Part shown: positions 26,580 to 39,455 of the stretch, one piece after another
Numbering within the stretch: the stretch's first letter is position 1
Layout of the letters: each line of letters begins with the position of its first letter
Source: Lepidodermella squamata
Taxonomy: Eukaryota > Animalia > Gastrotricha
Reading direction: 5' to 3'
Assembly: GCA_047495785.1 (NCBI GenBank)
Contig: JBLDXI010000030.1
Span: forward strand, 124,001 to 188,000
Length of the DNA stretch: 64,000 bases
Translations under genes and position numbers: made by a program
The notes under the pieces: generated by a model
What the model was told of the DNA's origin: nothing
Database searches by the model: none
The model's input: only the letters and a program-made list of their open reading frames with translations

Positions 26580-26867
26580 CAGGGTGACTTTTTTATAGTG
26601 GAAATAATCTTTGTTAGCATTAATCGGGACTAGTACTGTCTAGTATTGCGAGTACTTGCACTGCACTAAAGTCGATTTCTCCAAACTCTTCAAACTCTAT
26701 CTGATAATTATCGCGTAATACCAGGCCATTCATAAAATTTTATTGCTAGCACGAGTTCGTTAAGTTTGGAGAAATCGACATGCAAGTACTCGCCATACAA
26801 AGATGATTCAGTACTAGACGCAATTATTGCTAACATGGATTATTGCCACTATAAAAAAGTCACCCTG
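26580..26867. mobile_element. Tc1/mariner-type MITE
   Basis: TA|CAGGGTGACTTTTTTATAGTGG ... CCACTATAAAAAAGTCACCCTG|TA. Inverted symmetry continues internally (gtcgatttctccaaact / agtttggagaaatcgac). Confidence 0.9.
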
Positions 26868-26946
26868 TAGTTGTTTGACTAGCGATATTGACCTGAAAAA
26901 ATTCGACTTGAAGCGATGAGAAATGAAACTTATATTGAATTTAAGT

Positions 26947-27758
26947 ATGCTTCATCTCTGGCTTTTAATGTTGATTGTCGTTGAAGCTATAATCTCAGAC
27001 GGCTCATTTTGACCGCATGAAGAGTTATTGAAGCAACACTTTGCAAATAGTTGCGGCATTCTAACTAAAGCTAGACCTGTGAAGCGCGGGAGTGAAGCCA
27101 TCGAGCTGAGCTTCATCTTCAATCCCATCCGTTTACGGCAGCTCGATGAACGCGAAGAGAGGCTTAATACTCTGCTGATTTTTTCGATAGCCTACCAGCA
27201 CCCGTGTGTCAAATGGGACCCTCAAGACTGGGGTGATACCCGGCAATTTCGAGTTGACACATCGGAAACCTGGAAACCTTCAGTTTTCCTAATGAATGCA
27301 GACGCTGAGGGTTCAATGAGAGAACCCTACGATAATTCGATTGGTTTCACGTTTCTTAGTTCTGGAGATGTTACCATGGTAACAAGTGTCAGCATTTCTA
27401 CGTTCTGCTTGCTCAAGTAACTGTCTTTTCTTTCTATCACATTATAAGCATTGGCAACTTTCACAGTTTTGAACAAGGTTTCCTTGTGATACTCAGCAAT
27501 GTCGAGTAATATTCGAGTTCAACGAAAGAACCGATGTCCAAACAATGACACTGAATGAAACCTACTCAAGCATCACAGACTCCGCGGATGCTCCCTGCAA
27601 CTAAGCCGTGGTACCGACGCCACCCGTTCGGTAGCCTCAAGTGCCTGGCAGGTTTTGAGATCATAAGGGTTCTAGATGCGATTATTTATGGAATGAATGG
27701 GATGATGTTGCTAGCCGTGGACTCGTTCATGTTCGCACGCATGGTTTATCAATACTGA
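26947..27758 (+). pseudogene. Cys-loop channel copy 2, pseudogene
   Basis: TGA at 27010-27012 replaces the Trp of copy 1 (AFWPHE). A large deletion at ~27593 removes loop C and M1-M3. Confidence 0.85.
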
Positions 27759-28418
27759 CAATGGACATCGCTCTTTCGATCCTTGAGGGTTATGAAACCG
27801 CGTTTTCATATTATTGTGGAGTAGATTACGAACGCGTCAAACGGTCATTTTAGTGTGTTGGGTGTTGGAACTCTGTATGTCAACTGAATTCGACCAGCCG
27901 CCGCAGCCGCCCCCGATGAAGTTGATGGATACGATGAATTCGAAATTCGATCATGGTAGGCTCAAGTACCTTGTAGAATAGATTGGTTACGGGCCTGGAG
28001 ATTGCAAATGGGAACCTGCTGGCAATATCGTGACAACATCGTGGCAACATCTAGTAGCCGAGTTTCACCCGAGAAAGCCGGCACCATGTCAGATATTTGC
28101 ACATACTGGTTGACGCTTTTAATCGAAAGCTGACCAATATGGAACTTTGAAGAGGTTGGGAGTTCAACCAAAACGCCTCCCGAAGACGCACAAATAATTT
28201 ATTATTCAAATATTTTTCAAATATTTAAAAAAAGTAGGCAAGCGAATAAGGTTGCAATTCACTAAAGGCTGGGGAAACTGAGGAATATATACAAACAAAT
28301 AACACGTATGCAGGGAGTTTTAAATAAAATATAATTGCCTTGTCGACAATATTTGCATTACAGTAGACCTGACAGCTGAAGGTATACAACCGGTAATTGA
28401 ACTAAGAATATATAAGCA

Positions 28419-29605
28419 ATGTTTTCTCATGCGCTTTTGATGCTGATAATCTTCGAGGGCGTGCTCTCGTTTATTCCCCCTGAAGAACAGTTGAAGCAAC
28501 ATTTCGCGAATAGCTGCAGCATTCTAACTGAAGCTAGACCTGTGAAGCGAGGGAGTGATGCCATGGAGCTGAGCTTCATCTTCAATCCCATCCGTTTACG
28601 GCAGCTTGATGAACGCGAAGAGAGGCTCAATATTCTGCTGATTTTTTCGATAGCCTACCAGCACCCGTGTGTCAAATGGGACCCTCAAGACTGGGGTGAT
28701 ACCCGGCAATTTCGAGTTGACACATCGGAAACCTGGAAGCCTTCAATAGTCCTTATCAATGCCGACTCGGCAACTTCGATGCGAGAACCTTACGATAATT
28801 CGGCTGGTTTCACATTCTATAGTTCTGGATATACTATCATGGTCACAAGTGTCGGGCTATCTACATTCTGCTTACTCGAGTAAGTCGGTCGCTAAATCTC
28901 TATATTCATGAGTAACCAGCATTTTACAGTCTTGAACAATTTCCTTTCGATACTCAAAAATGTCCAGTTATATTCGAGTCCAGCGATCAAACCGATATTC
29001 AAACGATGACGTTGAATAGAACTTATTGCAATATCACTGACACCGCAGACGCTCCATTCATATCTCCAACCGCTGTTTGGTCATTAGTCAGGTTCGGAAT
29101 TGGAGCAGAAAGGGCTACCTACGAAGGCTTTGGAAATGCATCGTTCGATCGTGTATTTTTCGAAATCGAAATACGCCGCAAACCTGGCTCTTACGTAGTC
29201 AACATTTTTTTCCCGAGTTTCGCCCTTTCGGCTCTGCTGTTCGGATCAGTTTTGATCGAGCCCGGAGAGACGGATCGCGCAATGTTTTGCGTCACCCTAT
29301 TGCTCGCTTTTTCTGTGCTGCAAACAAGCATTGTGGATATGATACCAAAGACGAGCGTAATTCCTTACGCTGTGTGTTTTGTTACAGCTCAGCTCTCAGC
29401 CGGAGTCATACTGTCATTCTACGCTTTGGCCTCCCTTTGTTTAGCAGCTAAGCCGTGGTACCGACGCACGATGTTCGGTAGCCTCAAATACTTACCAACT
29501 CTACAGATCATCAGGATTTTAGACGTGATTTTCTATGGAGGAGGTGGCATAATCTTGCTAATTGTCGACTCAATAATATTTGCCCGCATATTTCGTCATT
29601 CCTGA
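28419..29605 (+). CDS. Cys-loop ligand-gated ion channel subunit copy 3 (intact; nAChR-like fold, no vicinal Cys)
   Basis: Exons 28419-28879 and 28930-29605. Signal peptide, WKPSIVLIN, Cys-loop CLLDLEQFPFDTQKC, RRKPGSYVVNIFFP (M1), DRAMFCVTLLLAFSVL (M2), then M3 and M4. Confidence 0.9.
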
Positions 29606-30153
29606 GATAAGAACGCGGAAGACCCTTCATATGTTCTCGGACAGCTCATTGAATATTACTTGGTAGTTTTCTGAAACAAATAAAACAAAAGAGATGGAAT
29701 TTCGCTTCGCAACCACAGTGATCGAGCCGCGTATTGTTTGTCCTCAATTTGAGCCCTCGCTTGTTCTGAAACCTTTCTGATCAAGGATCAAGGTCTTTCT
29801 GAGGTCTTCGAGGTTTAAAACGTTTTTTATTCATGCGGCATTATGCAATATGATAACGATGCGATATACGGGATAATTCCAGACGGTGTGCAAATAATCG
29901 AAGCCGCTTTTAACGTCCGTCGAGAAATCTAGAAATTAATGATATGTTTACTTGGCAATTTTTAAATTAAATTTTCCTGCAAAACAGTTAATTAAAATCA
30001 CGAATAACTTGCCAAGACGCGTTATTGCCTTGGCACCTGCGCTTACAGGTTGGCAAAGGCTTTAATTGTTAGCAAACTTTCAGGCGATGTGTATTTTTAA
30101 AGTGATACACTTTCTTGGTGAAAATTCAGATTGAACCTCTATGCGAATATCGG

Positions 30154-33100
30154 ATGCCGAATTCGATGTGCGATTTACGCTTAACGTTTTTTTTGTTTTA
30201 CATTGCAACTGCTGGAGCTATTGAGGAATGCAAATGGAATACATCAACTTGCCAGACGAGCAGCGGGTTTTCGGCAAATGGAGCCTCTCAAGGTTTATCA
30301 TTTCTATCGAGCACCCCCGCGATTTTCAAGCTAGGGGAAGAATTATCTTTCATTTACGGAACAACCGTGAAGGTATTGTGCTCCAGGAGTTCTAACAAAT
30401 TCGATTTGTTGGGTCGTTGCAGCGACAACGGTTGGTGGACAAACACCATTGACTGCAAAGGTAACTACTTATTTTTCGATTGTTCAAGGCGATTATTTTA
30501 AATTATTTGCAAGCTGTTTATAATCAACCCACTGGAGACTGTGCGTGGAATCAAACCTTGAAATTTTACGGCTACATGATCAGCACGAACTCGGAAAAGG
30601 TCTGGACATCTTTTGACACCACGATGCCAGATAAATCTTTACCTGATCATACTGTCGTGAGAGTTTTCATCTGCCCAGATGGATCTTACCGCCAGACGAC
30701 GTGCCTCAACGGAAAATATCAACCCGACCCAACAGGATTCCGTTGCGGCAAAATTGAAGCATTTAGCGAGTCTAAACTTGTCGCTTATTGGCCGCTTGGT
30801 TGGGATACGCGGTTGCTGCCCCTGACCGCTGGCACGCCGAGCTTCAAGACGGTTGGGAGTGCAGCTTTCGTAAATCCATCGGTGAAAATCACAGAATTAG
30901 CTCACTCAGGGTATAAAGTTGGATCTACTACGTTCAAATCCCCAAAATACCTCAGCGCGACTGGGCTCACTGGAGTTGGAGGCCCTGTTTGGTCATTCTG
31001 TCTCTATTTTCAGCCGACAGACAATGGAGAATTGATGGCAATAGAATCTAGTGGTGGGCAGAGAATTCAAATATTCAGAAATGGCAATCAATTTGGTGCA
31101 GCAAGTGGGCCCGATAAAGCTTACGCCGATCATTTGAAATATGTCGCAAATGATTGGGTATTCCTTCTGGTCACTGTTGAGAATTCGGCGATTACAATCA
31201 CTGCTCTTACAACCGGGGGCTCGACGACCTACAGATCCTACAAAACAGCCTTCTCTGGAATTTCGCCGGAACATCAGCTGGACGTTTATCTTGGAAAAGG
31301 GTAGGTAACATCGCGTTTGATCATCGAATTTCAAACCTTTTTCCTGCAGAACTTCGTCGAATGCGGGAAGCGATTTTATTACGTCTTGCGTCATGTTTTT
31401 CAACTCGAACATGTCCAACTTTGCCGAAGTTCTATATAAGCATTGCATCAATGGTAATGAAGATATTTGATTGTTGAGATTCACTTTACCGTAATTGATT
31501 TCAGCTACATTCTACCCAGCTGGTACGTTAACAGGCTGCTCGAGTTGTGCTTGGACCTACGACACCTATCGATCGCTTCACATAGCCAATACAAGTCGGC
31601 CTTTCGTCGATTTTTTCGTTTTCCTATGTTACTCATCTTTTCTAGATAAGCTTTTCCGCCGTGGAGCAGCAGTGCTTACAGAGAATGGCCTAACAACCCG
31701 GCTTGCATTTTTGAATCAACAAGGCGCTGTCTGGTTGTTTGAAGTAAATTAGGATTGTTATTCGTATCTACATATAGTTACACCTTCAGTTTTCCAGCCA
31801 ATTAATTCCGCTACCCAGAATTGGCGCGTTGAATTTCATTTTATTGGTGATAAAGGATTGGGCGATTATGAGTTCTATGTCACGCCGTCGACAACAAATT
31901 CGTTTCACCCTGTTGATAGCCCAGTTGGCTTGAACCGATCGAGTTTTTGCGGGTTGCTTGTTCGGTATTCTACGCCATCCAAATTCGCTCTGTATGGAAA
32001 TCCCAGTCTGATAGATATCCGAACTGCCCTCCCGGCACCACTGACTGAGAAAACCAGTGCTACCTGGCAGTATCCTGTAATGGTTGCCATTGATAAGATC
32101 GGCGATGTCTTCTACGTCCATTCGAGGAGTGGGATGACTTTTGAAACCGTGCTAAAGGCAAGCTTCCCCACCTTCTCAAAAATAACCTCTCCCCTCTACA
32201 TCGGTATGGCCGCGATCTGGGGGCACTACAGCCAAACGGCTCCATTGTTTCCCTACCTGTATCAAATCAAATTCTACACCGATGGTCCTGTCGTGACAAC
32301 AAGCACCTCTACAACTTCAACGACTTCACACTCAACGGCCTCAAGTTCGTCCACAACATCGGTTACTTCGGTATCGACTGCATCGCAAAGCATTCCAGTG
32401 ACGACTTCTACAGAGGAGACTCCGATTGTTACCACAACTAATTCTCCTGACACGGATCCTACCGAGGGCTCCACAGATTCCTCAGGAATCGGGACAGGCG
32501 AGACAACCTCGCAGCAGCCTACAGATTTACCTACCACCACTGATTTTGAGACTACATCCGAAGTCACGCCAACGACTGAGCCTATGTCTGTAAACACCGA
32601 TACTTCTACTTCTACTGCTACAGCTGCTACTACAACTAATACAACTACTACTGCTACCAATAATCTAACTTCAATCACTTCTATAAGTTCAACAACTGCT
32701 ACTAAGAAAGGGGTTACCACTACAGCCAGTTTCAACTACGACTTGGACATGTCTCTCAAAGTTTACGGCGACAACATCACAATACCTGGGCAAAATCTCA
32801 CGGTGTCTTCAGAGCCATGGGATCCTAAGCTCAACCAGTCTGGTTCTGATGTATTCAAAGCTATGGCGAACTACATGCAGCCTCTCCTCGAAGATCTTAC
32901 CAACAAATCAGCTAAAGATTTGGGCGGAGAGGTGCAATATGTCAAAATCACTGGTTTCAGAAAGGGCAGCATAATATCTGACTACATTGTAGCTCTAAGA
33001 AGTTTGACGCAGCTAACAGAGAAGGAAATAGCTGAAAAGGTTAGCGCTGCAACGGAGAAACTGAAAACAAATGCAGTGCAGCTGTTAAACGGCCTCAGTG

Positions 33101-33306
33101 CTTCTCGATTAGGCGGATCAACCCTGGTGAAAGCATCGGGACCTTTGATCGGGAGCACAGTCGCAAATCTGAGATCGCCTGTTAACATTGCGCCTTCGAA
33201 GAGCGATAAAGCGAACCCGCCATCGAAAGAAACGTCATCATCAGGAACTAATCGTGGCCTAACTGGTTTCAGTCTCGTGTTAGCTTTGATTCCCATCTTT
33301 TTCTAG
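30154..33306 (+). CDS. Lectin-mucin-SEA family copy 5 (intact, long Thr-rich stalk)
   Basis: Six exons in frame. Motifs SKLVAYWPL, RRGAAVLTENGLTTRLAFLNQQGAVW, ITGFRKGSIISDY, and tail GLTGFSLVLALIPIFF*. Confidence 0.85.
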
Positions 33307-33717
33307 ACTGTTTATTCTCATAGCCATCACCTTTTAAGAAAAAATGAATAAACTCGACTGTCTGTAGCGTAACAGCGAAACGAAGCAGCTTCGTATTCCT
33401 CATTTTATTCAGAAGCGGCATGATGCTTGGCTATTCCACCATAAACAGGAAATATATTGATAGGCAATATTGATTCAGACGTTAAAGGAAACGCAAACTT
33501 GATCACTATCAATACGGTTAAGTTAACAAATAACAAGTCTGATAGATTATAGATTATATAGCATCTAACGTGTTGAATATTCATATTATTTACATTATCA
33601 AAAATATCACTCAGCCGCTACACAAATTGATCAATAAAAACATTCGGTAGGTATTAAGCATGTTTTCAGCCCTTTTTCAGTTCGTCCATCTAGCGACCAA
33701 AATGCAATCTTGACGTT

Positions 33718-36700
33718 TTAGCTTGGCCACGTGCAGAATATGTAAATATTGTTCAGGCAAGAACTCGTATACATCCGGTTAGTGCTATCTGATGATACAC
33801 CTACAAATCAGAATAGAAACAAGTTAAGCTAGATATTGAGCCTTTGTGGAATCACACATTTGATCGGCTTAACACGAATAATACCATTGGCTCAACACGA
33901 ATGTCATAGTGAGCAGGAAAGTAAACTTCCCCGAAAGGTCAATATCATGCAAATCTCTAACACTTTTGCAATTTGAAATCCGTCAACTCGCCCAAAACTA
34001 GATGCAGAGTTATGACAAATTTAAAACTTACAGGGACTTTTGAGTTCATTGGTCGGTTCAGTCGTGTACCATGGCGGCGTCAAACTGTTTAGCGGTATAG
34101 CGTCGCCATCTATAAAGGTGTAAGCTAAGGAAAACATACAAGTTTACTCAACATCGAAGGCTTTGCTTCCCACAATTTGCTTCCTCACCTCCTTGCGATA
34201 TCGGAACTCGACTCGCGCCGACGTAGATGCCTGTCACCGACTGCGCATTCATTGCGGCGACGGCCTGCCCGTAGGCCGCCTTCGTTTTCAAGTTCAGCAT
34301 TGTCCCGCCTGATGTTCCGCACGCCGCCTGGTTTTGATTCCACGACAAAGAAGCACCCGGCGTGATTGTCACAACACCGGCCTGTAACAGTTTCAGAATT
34401 TGCATTACAATCGTCAACATTTGCCGTAGTGAAAAAAATGATTCGGGCACCTTTTTCTGTGCGAGTGACTTACGCTGTTTTGGCACGCCGTAACAGCCAG
34501 AAGAGCTGTAGAGCATGCTACAGTGCGATAGCCAGTCCATGTACCGTCTGACGCCAAATAAACACCTAGAATAATGATAAGTAAATCAGGTCTTTCCTAG
34601 AGTGTTACAGAAAAGATAGGATAGTAATGACTTTGTAGACTCAAGAGTCCTTAGTTTTAGGTTGCCAATTAGTTTCAACATACAATCAGTATTATCAGCG
34701 GGCTCTCCGGATACATACCAGCCGGGCGTGGTCTTCGAGGCAGCAGCATCGTCAGCAAGATCAGAAAGTAATACCGAACCATCAGGCCACACCCATTTAC
34801 TCATGCCCACATAAAAGTTGTTTGTACCAGCGAGAGTCCGCGCCTCCTGGTATTTGGCATTGGTCGTAAGTTTCGCGAGGACACCGCCCTGTTGCCGGCA
34901 CGCACGTATGGCGTTCGGGAAAGTCGTCTGGCTACCAGTAGCTTTGAAAACGTCTGTCGAAAGACAAATTCACACGTGAATTGATAAGTGCAAGTAATAG
35001 TTAACCTATTTACAGGTTTAAATAAAACTTTAAAATCAACTTACATGTACATGTGGGACCACTAGCACCGGGCGGGCAGGAACATTTTGTAGAGGCACCA
35101 TTGGCGATGCAAGTACCACCGTTCAGGCATGACGGTGAACATACTTGCGCTGGAAATATTTAAGATTAATCCACGAAATGGCATCGATAAGCATTCTGTG
35201 CGTATTGTTCCAGTAGTTTTTATACAAAGGTTTTTCATCACGATTCGAAGCCGTGAGATTGCAATTTTGAAGTTATTTCTATCGCATCATCAAGGGATAG
35301 TGAAAGCAGGTTGGTGGCGAATTTCTGCTTTTACTGCGTGGCTAAGGAATTAGTAATGAATGAAAAGATGTCAATTTACCTGTAGTGCAATCGGAACCCT
35401 TCCATGCAGGAGTGCAAGTGCAGGTATTTGGGCCAGTGCACGTGCCGCCATTTTGGCAAGGAGTTGAACAGGAAACTGAAATTGAAGTTTCCAAAAAAGT
35501 GAAGTAAAGTGAGAACAAATATCACTTACATTGCGTGCATGTGGGTCCGCTCCAGCCGCTCTTGCAAGAACAAGTATTCGATGCTGAAGGGTTGATATCC
35601 CTGACCTGGTTCGGGGGAAACTAATAACAGCGATTAGACTGAATAATATACAAGGCAGTTCAGTAAAGCCGATCAACTGATTACTTTATTGTCATGATTT
35701 AGGGCTTATATAGCCAAGAGGACGCCAAATTAGATGAGTTGTAATGAAGTGCGTCACGTGATATTACTGTCACGAGCGCTAGCTAGAATAATAAGAATGG
35801 ACTACTGAACTAATAATTGGGACAGGGTACATAGCGATCCTCTCAGATGCTATGCAATCACCACCGTTCTTGCACGTATCGCTGCAAGTGACTGAAAAAA
35901 ATGTGAAAAATATGAGAACAACAATGCTTCCATTTGCTGAGCAGGTTACATGTAGAGCAGTCATCTCCGGTCCAGCCAGATGCGCATTGGCATGTATTCG
36001 GGGCTGAGCAAGCGCCACCGTTCCGACATTGTTGTGTGCAAATAGCTGAAAATAGTTAGAATAAAAGATGAATGAAGTTGGAAAATATCGGGGGTGTGGC
36101 CTAATAAATGGAATAATATCAGCTCAATTTACGTGTACTGCAATTTGAGCTTGTGTATGAGGGAGGGCAGCTACATGTGTTGGGGCCGATGCAGGTCCCG
36201 CCATTCCAACACCACGGTTCACCGCAGTAAACTAGTCAGATAAACCAACATTTTAACTCTAATTTGCTCGTTTGGAAGAGAAACAAACTAACATTCGTCA
36301 CAGTTCGGTCCCCGCCAGCCACTTGGACACTTGCAATGGTTCGGGCCATCACACGTGGCCCCATTTTTACAATTCGAACACGAATCTACAGGCGAAAAAT
36401 GGCATTCGAGGCTTTTGCACGTCGTCAGTAGAACTTACACTTGTCACACAGCGTGCCACTATAACCGGACGCGCATTGGCATGCAGTAGCCGTAGAATCA
36501 TAAGTTCCCCCATTGGCGCAATTCTGGTTTTCCAAAAGTGAGTTAGTTGGAGAGAGCCTTGAATGAAGAAACTCACAAGAATGATTTTCTGCTGCGATGG
36601 AGCGCAGCAAAAGCAACAGCCAATTATGCATGAGCCTTTGAATGGTAGAAAAACCAAAAATAAAATAAAATAGCAAAATTAACGAAGAATATACCTGTCG

Positions 36701-36719
36701 CTAGAAACAGCAGCAGCAT
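33718..36719 (-). pseudogene. Multi-EGF (7) + 2 C-type lectin gene A; one EGF exon interrupted by a solo LTR
   Basis: Start MLLLFLAT|GSCIIGCCFCC. One EGF (C...C.NGG.C...N.C.C..GW.G..C) per phase-1 exon. CTL motifs ACRQQGGVLA, WVWPDGS, WY..GEP. Last exon ends IFCTWPS* at 33718. Confidence 0.7.
35585..35845 (-). mobile_element. Solo LTR (261 bp) inserted into an EGF exon
   Basis: TG...CA termini with a 5-bp target duplication GATGC (35580-35584, 35846-35850). TATA-like then AATAAA on the - strand. Removing it restores GGDCIAS-NTCSCK. Confidence 0.8.
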
Positions 36720-38028
36720 TTCTAAAATTGTTAAAGCTAATTTCTAAAAGTAGCATTCGATGAAAAGATCAAGTGATACAGTAGCTCTGATCGAGTTGAT
36801 ACTCGTAAATCATTCATAAAACCAAAATCCGGAATATTTCTCCAATTGGCGATCGGTGTTCTCGGATCATTCAACACACCTCCCAGCCCGCGTGTTAACT
36901 GGGTGCTAAAGTCCGGCTGTATCGAATGTTCCGTTTTTCTAAGAATCTCAGTGTGACATTCACCTCATGTGGTGATGGCGAAATCTGCTCCTTGAGCAGA
37001 TGTACCTGTGAAAAGCAGTGCAGCTGCTGTAGGCTGGCGCGAGGCCGATCGAAAACTTGCAGAATACTATGAGAACAATCAGAGCAATATCACTTGGAGA
37101 AACTAAAGCAATGCTCGCCTTCCAAAACTAGGCGAGGTATTTCGAAAGTAAAAAAATGAAATAACGATAGTGGCGTTAATTACATCTTTTATTGAGATTA
37201 TTGTCTGGTGACCCGAACTCATGCCGCCAGCTCATGTGATGGCGGCGACGAGTCTGACGCCCGAGTTTTTTTGTCGATCAGTGGATAATACTCATGCCGG
37301 CAGACGCGGCTGCTTGGACACGTTTAACTCAGCCACAAGTATCACGCAGCGTTAATTCGCGTGGACGATATTTGTATACCCACAAAGATGGAGATGAACT
37401 GCCATCTGCCATGCATGCTTACATGCTTGTATAACCCAGGCAGGACATCAGTAGACCGAGAAATATCAACATAATTCAGGGGTGCTGGGGTGTCGCGTAA
37501 CCCCAGCTCCGAGAACCCAACCAGAGAAAGGCTGAAAAAACCCAAAGGGGGGACCCTTTGGTTTCTTCAGCTGGGTCCTAGAAAAAGTAGAAGAAAAAGT
37601 AGTAGAAGAAGTAGAAAACACCTCAGCTCCCGGATCCTACTTCGCAAACTGACATAGTTTACTTAAAATCTATCGAAAATGATCGTTGCAAAGAAAAGGC
37701 GATCAGACCGACACTGCATGAGTCATATTTTGTTCAAATTCAGAACGGCATTTTTTTATTCTTGTGAAGCTGCCCTCGATAAAACGGCGAAAAATAAAAA
37801 AACTCATTTTTACTTATCTAACATTACGCAACGCAAAATCAAACATGTCCAGTATACCCACAGATTCTTCAGCAGAGGCATGTATCAATGGCGCTATCTA
37901 TTTCTGCGCCCGACTCTTTCCGTCTCAGGTTCGATTACATGGTCATCACATTTTAAAATCTGGAAATGTTCTTTTTTTATTTTTTTTTTATTTCTCAACT
38001 TGATAAATTTGATAAAACTAAACGATTT

Positions 38029-38501
38029 CGTCATGAGCGCGAGAAAATGTCTAAAGTCCACAAAACCACTTTTCGAGAAAAACAACAAAACGTTATCTAC
38101 AAGTCGATTGGGAATTTTTGACGGGCTCTCCGGTCATCCTCTAGGCTAACTTTTTACGGCGGTCATTATAGGCTATTATTAATTCATAAATATTTCACCT
38201 GAAAGCGAGGGCAACACATTTTAGTGGACTTTAGACAGCGAAAAAATGAAAATAAAACACTTTTCATTGTTTCATGCAACAGCTTGTGCTCATTATGCAA
38301 CATGTGCGAGCGCTAATTCAATTAGAGGACAATGAAAGATCAAAGTAAATTTGCCGATGGGACTTTATACACCATGTTCTAGAACGAATCTTAAAAAACG
38401 GTTTTTACCACGAGATCGGGCGTATCGAATATAGTAATTAGCTCTCAATAACTCATTTCGTAAAAAAGTGGACTTTAGACATTTTCTCGCGCGCATGACG
38501 A
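38029..38501. repeat. Inverted repeat (~34-bp arms), probable transposon remnant
   Basis: tcgtcatgagcgcgagaaaatgtctaaagtccac versus gtggactttagacattttctcgcgcgcatgacga, with a third partial copy at ~38224. Confidence 0.6.
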
Positions 38502-39196
38502 TTTGCAAAGTTTGAGACCGATGGAAAGATGCTTGTGTTTTGTGTGCCTTGTGCCTATGCTCCATGCGTTGTGGAATGAGGCATGACCGAAAATCGGCCT
38601 CTTGAATTTATGACTATAACAGGCTACCAAGCGGCGTTCAACGCGCGCGTTTTTTCCATCCACTGTCATGCGTGTTGAGAGTATAATAAGCTTACCAGCC
38701 AAGAGAGCACGACAATAGCCGACTATCGTGATGCTTGGCTTAGACATGATGAGCCGTCCAGACGGTGGGGGGCGGTGAAATTGAGCAGATCATCTCCTTG
38801 AGTGCAAGCCAGTCATGTGTTTTTTTCATCTGACTAGTATTGCCGACGTAGGTTTACGCCGACGTGAGCAGCCGTTGTTCTCAGCCAACCCTTCTGCGGG
38901 TAGCCACACATCGCAGACATGAACCTTCCAATCTATGAAATTGCAATTCATTTCAAGTTTCTTTCTGTCTTTGCAAATTTCTCGCAACTGAAGTGAATAA
39001 CGTCTTCCTGTCTATTATGTGAAGTCTTTCCATTTCCTTTACATGTACTTGTTTTGAAACACTTTTAACCTAAAACTTCTGACACTGGGATACATCCATT
39101 TCTTATGATAAACGCTCAATACTATAGCTCAATGTTGAATTCTACTTCAGTGGCATGTCTTGCCTTCATTTTAAATTGCTTCAACTGTTTCTTGGC

Positions 39197-39455
39197 TCAG
39201 TTTTGATCGAGCCGGGAGAGACGGATCGCGCAATGTTTTGCGTCACCCTGCTGCTCGCTGTTTCTGTCCTAGAGTCAAGCATTGCGGACATGATACCAAA
39301 GACGAGCATAATACCTTACGCGCTGTGAGTTTCGTTACAGCTCAGCTTTCAGCCGGAGTCATACTGTCATTCTACGCTTTGGCCTCCCTTTGTTTAGCAG
39401 CTAAGCCGTGGTACCGACGCGAGATTTTCGGTAGCCTCAAAAATACTTACCAACT
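39197..39455 (+). pseudogene. Orphan fragment of a Cys-loop channel (M2-M3 region), near-identical to copy 3
   Basis: tcagttttgatcgagccgggagagacggatcgcgcaatgttttgcgtcacc... matches ~29247-29497 with small indels. Confidence 0.85.

Noticed and set aside
20833-27012. In-frame TAG (copy 4) and TGA-for-Trp (channel copy 2) as evidence for a variant genetic code
   Set aside because: Intact genes here terminate with TAA, TAG and TGA, and channel copy 2 has other lesions, so these are ordinary nonsense mutations.
32274-32735. Val-rich hydrophobic ORFs on - (also 6348-6734, 42916-43395)
   Set aside because: Antisense shadows of the Thr/Ser-rich mucin stalks.
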